Source: Octopus sinensis
Lineage: Eukaryota
Direction: 5' to 3'
Assembly: GCF_006345805.1 (NCBI RefSeq)
Contig: NC_043015.1
Span: 38,378,001 to 38,442,000, forward strand
Length of the DNA: 64,000 nucleotides
In this document: piece by piece, positions 1-10,900 of the stretch
Layout: each line of letters begins with the position of its first letter
Numbering within the stretch: the stretch's first letter is position 1
Translations under genes and position numbers: made by a program
Notes under the pieces: model-generated
Told to the model about the DNA's origin: nothing
Databases searched by the model: none
Seen by the model: the letters and a program-made list of their open reading frames with translations, nothing else

Positions 1-474
1 CTTGTGTGGCATGGTGCAGAGTCCTGTTGCTAGACACAGGGTCTTGCAGCATCCACCCTCTTGACCCAGGGCAGCACTACCTCCTCCAGAGAGAGAGAGA
101 GAGAGAGATCAGGAAGGAAGAGCAGGAAAAGGAGAGAGAGAGAGAGAGAGAGAGAGTGTGTGTGGAGACAACAGGATAGAGATGGTGGCAAAGTGCCGGG
201 CAATTGCAATGATATAGTGAAACAGGGCATGGTTGGAACACAGGTCAGAAGCTGACGGAGAGCAATGTTACAATGGCACAGGGCCAAGAGGACAGGATGG
301 GTGAGTGGGAGGTAAGCCTAATGCCTGAAGTGGAAATGCAAGGTAGAGATGTAGAGACGTAGTTTGGTTTATTGTGGTAGGGTGTGTGAGATATTTTCTT
401 GTTAAGTGTGGGTGGGACACACAGCGCTTCTGACGTGAGTGGGTCTTCTCAAGAACTTCATATCGTCAGACATC

Positions 475-690
475 TCAGTCCATTGTCATTTCTTCCATGA
501 GGCCCAACATCCTGAGATCAGTCCTTACCACTTCATCCCACATCTTCCTGGGACTCCCTCTTCCACGGGTACCATCCACTTTCAGTGACCGGTACTTCTT
601 TATGCAGCTGTCCTCATTCATACGCATCTCATGTCCAAACCAACATAGTCTTCTCTCTTTCATGCTACAGTTGATTCCTCTTACATACAT
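475..690 (-). mobile_element. RTE-type LINE, 3' end of RT ORF (degenerate fragment)
   Basis: The translation RRLCWFGHEMRMNEDSCIKKYRSLKVDGTRGRGSPRKMWDEVVRTDL matches the 'RLRWFGHV.RM...GKRPRGRPRKRW' C-terminus of RTE-clade ORFs. Similar fragments lie at about 23420-23660 (+) and 33700-34090 (-). Confidence 0.7.
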
Positions 691-924
691 ACACGCAAGA
701 CCAGCTTCCATACAGTTTTTACCTACCAAATTCACTGAAGGCATTGGTCAGCCCAGAGAAGCATATGGCAAAAGACACTTGTCAAAAGTGCCACGTAGTG
801 AGATTGAACCCAAAACTACACGGTTGCAAAGCGAGCTTCTTAACCATACAGCCATGCATGCACACCTTTTCTTCCTCCTTCACTTCTAATTCAGAAATTC
901 TCCTCCCAACATATTCTCAGAGGT

Positions 925-941
925 ATACACACACACACATG

Positions 942-972
<31 letters not shown>

Positions 973-983
973 TGTTTGTTTAT

Positions 984-1050
<67 letters not shown>

Positions 1051-1074
1051 TCTCTCTCTCTTTCTCCCTGTCTA

Positions 1075-1105
<31 letters not shown>

Positions 1106-1181
1106 TCTCTCTCTCTCTCTTTCTCCCTTTGTCTATCTCTCTCTCTCTCTCTCTCTCTTTCTCCCTCTGTCTATCTCTCTG

Positions 1182-1217
<36 letters not shown>

Positions 1218-1224
1218 CTGTCTA

Positions 1225-1258
<34 letters not shown>

Positions 1259-1280
1259 CTCTCTCTCTTTCTCCTGTCTA

Positions 1281-1313
<33 letters not shown>

Positions 1314-1629
1314 TCTCTCTCTCCCTACACACACACTCTCTCTCTTTCTCCCTGTCTATCTCTCTCTCTCTCTACACACACACACACACTCTCTCTCTCT
1401 CTACACACACTCTCTCTCTTTCTCCCTGTCTATCTCTCTCTCTCTCTCTCTACACACAGACACACTCTCTCTCTCTCTCTACACACACACTCTCTCTCTC
1501 TCTCTCTTTCTCCCTCTGTCTATCTCTCTCTCTCTCTTTCTCTCTCTCTCTACACACACACACACACTCTCTCTCTCTCTCTACACACACTCTCTCTCCT
1601 CTCTCTCTCTCTCTCCCTCTGTTTGTTTA

Positions 1630-1696
<67 letters not shown>

Positions 1697-1718
1697 CTCT
1701 CTCTCTTTCTCCTGTCTA

Positions 1719-1749
<31 letters not shown>

Positions 1750-1825
1750 TCTCTCTCTCTCTCTTTCTCCCTTTGTCTATCTCTCTCTCTCTCTCTCTCT
1801 CTTTCTCCCTCTGTCTATCTCTCTG

Positions 1826-1861
<36 letters not shown>

Positions 1862-1868
1862 CTGTCTA

Positions 1869-1902
<34 letters not shown>

Positions 1903-1924
1903 CTCTCTCTCTTTCTCCTGTCTA

Positions 1925-1957
<33 letters not shown>

Positions 1958-2272
1958 TCTCTCTCTCCCTACACACACACTCTCTCTCTTTCTCCCTGTC
2001 TATCTCTCTCTCTCTCTACACACACACACACACTCTCTCTCTCTCTACACACACTCTCTCTCTTTCTCCCTGTCTATCTCTCTCTCTCTCTCTCTACACA
2101 CAGACACACTCTCTCTCTCTCTCTTACACACACTCTCTCTCTCTCTCTCTTTCTCCCTCTGTCTATCTCTCTCTCTCTCTTTCTCTCTCTCTCTACACAC
2201 ACACACACACTCTCTCTCTCTCTCTACACACACTCTCTCTCCTCTCTCTCTCTCTCTCCCTCTGTTTGTTTA

Positions 2273-2339
<67 letters not shown>

Positions 2340-2361
2340 CTCTCTCTCTTTCTCCTGTCTA

Positions 2362-2392
<31 letters not shown>

Positions 2393-2506
2393 TCTCTCTC
2401 TCTCTCTTTCTCCCTTTGTCTATCTCTCTCTCTCTCTCTCTCTTTCTCCCTCTGTCTATCTCTCTGTCTATCTCTCTCTCTCTCTCTCTCTCTTTCTCCC
2501 TGTCTA

Positions 2507-2540
<34 letters not shown>

Positions 2541-2563
2541 CTCTCTCTCTTTCTCCCTGTCTA

Positions 2564-2594
<31 letters not shown>

Positions 2595-2889
2595 TCTCTC
2601 TCTCCCTACACACACACTCTCTCTCTTTCTCCCTGTCTATCTCTCTCTCTCTCTACACACACACACTCTCTCTCTCTCTACACACACTCTCTCTCTTTCT
2701 CCCTGTCTATCTCTCTCTCTCTCTCTACACACAGACACACTCTCTCTCTCTCTCTACACACACACTCTCTCTCTCTCTTTCTCTCTCTACACACACACTC
2801 TCTCTCTCTCTTTCTCCCTCTGTCTATCTCTCTCTCTCTCTTTCTCTCTCTCTCTACACACACACACTCTCTCTCTCTCTCTACACACA

Positions 2890-2920
<31 letters not shown>

Positions 2921-2945
2921 CCTCTGTCTATCTATCTATCTCTCA
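925..2945. repeat. Compound (CT)n/(CA)n microsatellite array with a ~645-bp higher-order repeat, about 3 copies
   Basis: The marker 'gtttgtttatc' occurs at 974, 1621 and 2264. 'ccctttgtctat' and 'cacagacac' recur at about the same period. Confidence 0.9.
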
Positions 2946-3132
2946 CCACACCAACAGAATTCAAAGTTTCATATAAATTCACTTACTTTCTCATGGTATT
3001 CTTTCGCCTGAATTTCTCCTACATTCAAGTCAGAAATTCTGCGTTTTCTCTACAAAAAAATATATAAAAAACATTGATGATGATGATGATGATGATGATC
3101 ACCATCATCATCATCATCATCATCCCCACCAT

Positions 3133-3625
3133 TTCTTTATTCATCACTAAGGGTTCACAAAATACACTGGAGACGGTACAGGACAATACAACATGGGGCT
3201 GCATAGAAAAGAAGCATATAAAAAGAAAACAAACAACAATATAAATCCTAAGAATGAATGAACTCCTGACAAGAGGAAGACTTCCAAGAGCATCTCATGT
3301 GGAGACCCCACAAAACCCCCGTTGCCCCGACCACTAGGGCAACTGCCCTCTCCACATCATCTTCCCTCAACCTACAGGCATATGTTGTGTGTAGGACCAT
3401 CCACTCGGGCCATTCTTGCCATATTCACCCACCTATCCACAAAATTGCTGAGAGACAGCATTTACCACTCCACCTTCGTTTTCCTTTTCAAGTGGAACTC
3501 GAAAAAGTTGATGAGGGCCTGGCCAAAAGATGAAAGTTAACTTTGACGCTCATCCTATCTGGATCGGTGAAATCAAACCACAGTCGAGTTCAAATCCCGC
3601 TCTATCACCGAGAAATGGGGGACAC
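3133..3625 (-). mobile_element. L1/Tx1-like LINE 3' fragment
   Basis: The minus strand gives a stop-interrupted 'GQALINFFEFHLKRKTKVEW..FVDRWVNMARMARVDG', resembling a LINE ORF2 C-terminus. It ends in aataaagaaat followed by a (GAT)n tract. Confidence 0.5.
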
Positions 3626-4084
3626 TTATGTCATGAGTTGCACCCGATACACTACACACACACATAAACACACGAAGAAAGCAACTACACACTTGCACAT
3701 AGAGATGTAAACAGAAGTGAACATATATACAAGTATAAACAGAAACGCGTATTTTACGTGTTATCATAAATGCTTACGTACATACATACACACACACACC
3801 CAGGCGCACAAGCACATGCATATATAAATTATGGGACAAACAAGGACAGACAAACGGATTAAGTCGATTACATCCACCCCAGTGTGTAACTGGTACTTAT
3901 TTAATCGACCCCGAAAGGATAAAAGGCAAAGTCGACCTCGGCGGAATTTGAACTCAGAACGTAACGGCAGACGAAATACCGCTAAGCATTTCGCCCGGCG
4001 TGCTAACGTGTCTGCCACACACATGTATATATAAACGATTCGGGGAAGTTTCGCATGCTGCCACACACATGTATATCTAAATAC

Positions 4085-4303
4085 CTTCTTAATCTGCGGT
4101 CGATATTCACCTGGATCGGATCGTAATTTGAGGAATTGTGTATCCATAAGAAACGGTGAATGAATCTTAAACATATCTGTTTTCCATCTGTAAGACCGGG
4201 TACTAGAACCGGGTGGTTCTTCTCTACAACGTCTATATACATCTTGGACAGCTTTAGAATGGCAAACCACCCAGCCTTGCTCGTTTCGGCAGATTATACT
4301 CAT
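4085..4303 (-). CDS. METTL4: First coding exon of a probable METTL4-like N6-adenosine methyltransferase; the rest of the gene was not found and probably lies left of the window
   Basis: ATG at 4303 and a 219-nt phase-0 exon ending AAG|GTATTT. MSIICRNEQGWVVCHSKAVQDVY...TRSYRWKTDMFKIHSPFLMDTQF resembles, from recall, the METTL4 N-terminus (human MSVVHQLSAGWLLDHLSFINKI...TRKFVFRPELFDVTKPYI). The MT-A70 domain itself is not in the window. Confidence 0.6.
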
Positions 4304-4959
4304 CGCCCGGAATTTTCTCTGAGCCAGTGCTTGCCACTTTGCGGAGAGTACAATGTTTGTTTATACTCTCCGCGGTCGGGTTTAACACATGGGGATTAAT
4401 TTTAATCTTTAAGAATCAAACCAATAATAAATAAGGTACTGTTTAAGAAGAGTGGTCCCGGTGCGCGCATCCGCGCTACGTAATCGCGACTAGTCGATCC
4501 TTTGTGTTTTATTTACTTTGTTTAAAAAAATTATTGGTACTACTTGAGAACAGTGATCCCGGTGCGCGTACTCGCATGCTCGCGCATCCGTGCTAGCTAG
4601 TCATGACTAGTCGATCCTACAACGACTACCAAGCAAAGTAAATAAAACACAAAATAAATATTTTTTTTTACATCAGTCTACATCGTGGTACCGCTTATGA
4701 AGTGTTTATGCTTTTTATAATTATCTGAAATTATTAAATAAATTAGCTTAGAAATCTTACTCAGATCACACAAGGAAGCTCGATCAGAAGTGATCTCGGG
4801 GTTAAACAACAACTGCATTTAATAGAAGAATTTATTAAAGGAAGGGAAACGGTATAAGGAGAGATAGAGGAATCGGGAACAATTTCAAAGAGTGGTTTGA
4901 TTACGGGTGACACCGTTTCTGTGTTGACACCGTTTGAACAACACGTGCCTGAGAGGAAA
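4304..4959. promoter_or_regulatory. Putative bidirectional promoter between the METTL4-like gene and RCL1
   Basis: About 656 bp separate the two divergent ATGs. The region is locally CpG-rich, has no recognisable SINE, and contains a duplicated ~65-80 bp CG-rich unit. Confidence 0.5.
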
Positions 4960-7900
4960 ATGTCTGAAAAGAAGTTGTTGGAATACGAAGGATGCAATTT
5001 CTTTCGGCCGAGATTGGTTTTGTCGATATTGAGTGGGAAATCGGTGAGGATAACAAACATACGAAGTCGGGACGATAATCCGGGATTACAAGGTAACATA
5101 TATATATATATATATATATATACACGCACACACAGGCGTATACAAATGTTACGTATACACGCACCTTAGGTAGACACGCATATTACAAGGGTGTTTATAT
5201 ATATATAGAAAGACTTGTGAGTGGATTTGGTAGACGGAAGCTGAAAGAAACCCTTCGTGTATATATATGTATGTTTGTGTGTCTGTGTTTCTCCCCCCTA
5301 GCATCGCTTGACAACCGATGCTGGTGTGTTTACGTCACACGGTTCGACAAAAGAGATCGATAGAATAAGTACTAAGCTTACAAAGAATAAATCGATTTGC
5401 TTGACTAAAAGCGGTGCTCCAGCATGGCCACAGTCTAATGACTAAAACAATATATACACATTCTATGCTGAAGGCTTGATAATTGTTGAGAGATTTCTCT
5501 CAATATGAAACCAATGGTAGCCTTATTAACCTACAAACAAACAAACAAAAAGCGTACACACACACCCACCCACACACGTTGTTATGCCCCATGTTGTTAT
5601 ATGTTCATTTCTTCTCTTCCAGAATTTGAACTCTCTTTCATCTCTTTACTGGAGAAATTGTCAAATGGTTCTAAAGTTGTCATTAACGAGACAGGTAAGC
5701 TTCTTTAAATTAATAACTTTGTGTGTCTAATTAGCATCTTAGTATATTATGTGTTGCAGGAGTGTAATTCTTAATGTGTTGTCTGTCTGCAATTAGTATT
5801 GTGTTACTAATTAATATCTTAAGTAATTGTATATTTATTATGTAAATAATGTTATTGTTTGGCCCCAGGTCAACCTTTTTTCATAATTAACAATCTTTTC
5901 ATTGCGGTTAATATTTAATCATAATTACCATACTTTTAATTATAATTAACAAAAACTATTAAACATATTATAACACATTAATAAACTGTTACTGATATTA
6001 AACCAGTAGAAGTTAATGACTTTTGTGATTTGTGTTTCTGCAGGAACGACCATTCTCTTCCACCCGGGTATGCTCTCTGGAGGAAGCTTCGATCACGAAT
6101 GCAGCATAGGCCGAGCCGTTAGCTATTATATTGAACCCCTCTTTTGTTTGGCTCCCTTCGCAAAGAAACCCCTCAAAGTCGTGTTACGGGGAGTCACCCA
6201 CAATTTAGATGATGCCTCTGTAAGTTCACTCTTTCTTTCATTTAATTTTCTTTTTTAATTAATTAGTTTCAGGAAGACAAGGGTTGGCAGCCATGATGTT
6301 TAGCACACCACACCCCTACCCACTCAGGTTGGTGTGGATGCTGGTCACTTATTCACTTGGCTATCCTTGACCATTCCAGTTCTGATTGCTGCTGTCTTGT
6401 GTTAGACCAGCTGTTGACACCCCCTCCTCTATGTCCGGTGGTCAACTTACAAGAGAAGAAAGCGAGAACTATTCTCTTAATGGACAGTGACATGGAGTGA
6501 GGTGTCTGGTCAAAACTGGGCCACAAATCATCTGGATCGGACAAATATACAGTTGTATCTGTAACAGAATAAATTAGCAGATGAAGGGACAGTTTGTCCC
6601 CCGACTATCGCTTGACAACCGATGTTGGTGTGTTTACGTTCCCATAATTTAGCGGTTCAGCAAAAGAGACCAATAGAATAAGTCCTGGGGTTGACTTGTT
6701 CGACTAACAGCAGTGCTCCAGCATGACCGCAGTCAAATGACTGAAAGAAAGAACATTCTGAGGAATTGTCTCGCTTGTCTTCCTCAAACTTATTCAGATG
6801 ATGATGATGATGAACGATCCTTCCTGCTGTGGGTCGTAGTTTTAAGTTCTTTCCTTTTTACATTAATTACATTGGCATCTCATTCCATTACTGTTTGATT
6901 GATTACTATTTGACTAACGATGGTCTAATTACTGTTCCAGGTCGATCACATGAAGTTCTCCAGTTTACCGGTGCTAAAAAGATTCTTAGGTACAGACGAG
7001 GATCTTGAACTAAAAGTAAGTTTGCAGACTTTTATTTAGATTTTCTTGTATTTTATGAGGAAAGGAAACCCAAGGAGACCTGATATAATGTGGTGAGGGC
7101 TGATGTTAGGACCTTGAGCCTCCTGGGGCTGATGACAAGGGACTGAGAAGGCTAATGCTGTGTGGTTCTTGAGAAGACCTGCCTAATCAGTGCCAAGTTC
7201 TCAAAGCATTGTCTGTCTGTGAATTTATACAGAACTGGGTCTCTCGCCCGATTTCCTTCTCAAGACAGCCTCACCACTTACCTTTCTAACTGCAGATTTT
7301 CCTTGATACCACTAAATTTTCCCGTTTTACGTCAATCTCCATCCTTCATCTTCAATCTTTCCCTTTCATCCCTATCTTACAATGATCGTTCCACCAGGTT
7401 ATCTCTCCTCAACCACCCCACCTCATGCACTATGTCTGCCATTCCCCCTCCTACTCTTTTGGATCCTATCATCCAATCACTTGTCCTCACTCGTTCTCTC
7501 ATCCTTCTTCTGTCTACTCTATCAATATTACTATTCTACTGCTCTGCACACACACCCACTCCCATCCACTATTTCCTACATCAACCCCTCAACACTTACT
7601 CCTCATTTATTTCCCCTCCCCACCTCACCCGTTCTCCGTCTCTCACTCTCCCATACACTTCTACAACCCTAACCCACCCAAATCCCCAGTGTCCCTGCCC
7701 CACCTTTCACTTCTATTCATTCCATACCTCCAGGGGATTATTATTCCAGTTCTATATTTAAGAGATGAGGAATTATTTACATTTGATGGATATTTGTCCT
7801 CATCTTGTTTGTTGTTAACACAACGTTTCAGCTGATATACCCTCCAGCCTTCATCAGGTGTCTTAGGGAAATTTCGAACCTGGGTTCTCATTCCTAAGGT

Positions 7901-10900
7901 ATTTTTTCAATGTTATTATTATTTTTCTGGTCACTGCCTGGAATCAAACTCGGAATCTTGGGGTTAGTAGCCCACACTCTTAACCACTACACCATATGCC
8001 TGTGAAATAATAATAACATTGAAAAATACCTTAGGAATGAGAACCCAGGTTTGAAATTTCCCCAAGACACCTGTTGAAGGCTAGAGGGTATATCAGACGA
8101 AATGTTGTGTTAACAACAAAAAAGATGAGGACAAATATCCACCAAATGTAAATAATGGGATTGTTGTTGTTGTTAAAACAACAGTAAGCTGGCACAATGG
8201 TCAGACTGTTGGAAAAATTCTTTGAAGGCAGTGAGCTGGCAGAATTGTTAGCATGCTGGATGAAATGCTTAGGGGTATTTCACCCATGATTATAGTCTGA
8301 GTACAAATTCCACTGTGGTTGACTTTACCTTTCATCTTTTTGGGGTCAATTAAATAAGTACCAGTGGAACGCTGGGGTCAATGAAATCGACTAGTCCTCC
8401 CTCCCCCAAATTCCAGGTCTTCTGCCTAAAGTAGAAAAGATTTATTATTATTGATTGTCGTCACTGCTGGTGTGTTTGCGTCCCCGTGGCTTGGCAGTTC
8501 AGCAAAGGAGACCGATAGAATGAGTACTAGGCTTACAAAGAATAAATCTTGGGGTCAATTTGCTCAATTATAGATGGTGCTCCAGCATGGCCACAGTCAA
8601 ATGACTCAAACAAGTAAAAGAATAAAAGAGTATATGCATACACACACACACACGCACACAGACATATATATATCACTGTTTTACTATTTCTCCATGAGTC
8701 TTCTTTTCAGAATAGCTTTTCCTGATGGCAAATGGAACTCACAGCCTTCCACAACTACCACTCCCACAAACACCACATCTCCGTACTCATATGTATCTTT
8801 CCTTCTGTCTCTCTCTACCAAATTCTACTCCCAAAGTATTGGTCAATAACAAAAGCCACTTGTCCATGTTGCCACCCTGTGGGATTGAACACAAAACCTC
8901 TTGATCTTGAAGTGAGCTTCCTAACCACACCCCCACTACCTCTAGATAATGCTTATATTTGTTTAATTCTATTCTTTTTTGTAGATAACTCGTCGTGGCC
9001 CGGCTCCTGACGGAGGGGGTGAAGCAGTGTTTTCCTGTCCTTGTCGACAAAAGTTACGACCAATCCAATACACAGACCCTGGAAGGGTGAAGAAGATTCG
9101 TGGAATTGCGTATCCTTTCACTTAGATGGATCAGTTGCTTTCAAGAATACGTGTTCTAGTTCAATACATATGTGTGTGTGTGTATATATATATATATATC
9201 TGTTGATTCACTGAGAAGTGATAAATTACAGAACTCAATACCTAAGTGTAGAACATTCTTTAATACATTATTATAACAGAAAGATTCCTGTTTCCACTAC
9301 TCTGAGTTACATCAGGATTCTGGTCATTCTGCTGCTAAACCAAGCCTACCTCATATATATATCATCATCATCGTTTAACGTTTGTTTTTCATGCTAGCAT
9401 GGGTTGGACAGTTCAACCGGGGTCTGGGAAACCAGGAGGCTGCATCAGGCTCCAGTCTGATCTGGCAGTGTTTCTACAGCTGGATGCCCTTCCTAATGCC
9501 AACCACTCCAAGAGTGTTGTGGGTGCTTTTTACATGCCACCAGCACAGGTGCCTGGGGAGGCTGGCAACGGCCACGTTTGGTTGGTGCTTTTTACGTGCC
9601 ACCTGCACAGGTATCACAACTACAATTTCCATTTGATTTTTTGATGTTGATGTACTTGACTCCTCAAGCACAGCAGATATATATATACACACACACACCA
9701 GCAGTAATACCCATTGTTGCTCGAGTAATTACTTTTACTGTTTCTCGGGAGCTACATTCATCATCTTCATCATTGTTTAACGTCCATTTTTCATGCTAGC
9801 ACAAGTTGAATGGTCTGACTGGGGACTAGCAAGCCAAAAGGCCGCACCAGGCTCCAGTCTGATCTGGCAGTGTTTCTACAGCTGGATGCCCTTCCTAATG
9901 CCAACCACTCCAAGAATGTAGTGGGTGCTTTTTACGTGCCACCAGCACAGGGGCTATTCATATTATTATTATTATGTTATGATATAATATAATTTACTCA
10001 AGACATTTTTTGATTAAGAATATCAATTGGATGGTTTGACTGGGGACTGGCAAATACCTTGTCTTTGGCCAACCAAAGCCTTGTGAGTGGATTTTGGTGG
10101 AGAGAAACTGGAAGTAGCTTGTTGTATAGGAGGGGGTAGCTGGTGTTGGTGTGTTTACATCCCCATAACTTAGTGGTTTTGCAAAAGAAAATGGGAGAAT
10201 AACTATCAGGCTTTAAAAAAATAATTACTGAGGTCAATTGGTTTGACTAAAATTCTTCAAAATGGTGTCCCAGTATGGCCACAGTCTAACGACAGAAACA
10301 AGTAAAAGATATGGAAAAAGAAAAAGATCAATCACTGACTTAAGTTTGTTTCCTTCATTATGGTAATCGTCCTTAACATTGGCCAGTTGGTGCGCCAAAG
10401 TGTCTCCAGGGACACTCAACAGATTAATGGAATCTGCCAAAGACGTCCTTTCAGAGTTCATCCGTGACATTTACATCCATTCCGATCACTGCAAGGGGAA
10501 AGAATGCGGAAAGTAAGTTGAATTTTGATTATTCAGAGTTGGTCTTGTTGTTTAACCCCAGGTCAGCCTCCACGAAACAGCTCTGTCGATCAAAGAATCA
10601 AAGACATTCCAACTGTGACCAACCTTTATTTCACTGAGCTTCAATGCTCTGAGTTCACTTTATCCAATGTTGTACATTGCTAAGCTGATAAAACATGATT
10701 CAAGCAATATCCGGCTGCTTGTGCCACTGAGAGCATTTAGCCCTTGTCCTGTAGCCAGGGGTCCCTATGTTATGTCATACATTCTACACTGAGGTGGGAT
10801 TGAACCTGGAAACAAAGATTTCTAACATTGACACAAGATCACAAATTTGAGGTAGATCTTATAATAACGAGAATAGTTTCCTAATTTATCACAAGGCCAG

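Noticed and set aside
744-3011. 755-aa and 666-aa Ser/Leu/His/Thr-rich ORFs
   Set aside because: They are translations of (CT)n/(CA)n microsatellite, which lacks stop codons by composition.
7162-7835. 199-aa and 136-aa + strand ORFs
   Set aside because: They lie in pyrimidine-rich low-complexity sequence inside RCL1 intron 4 and show no recognisable motifs.
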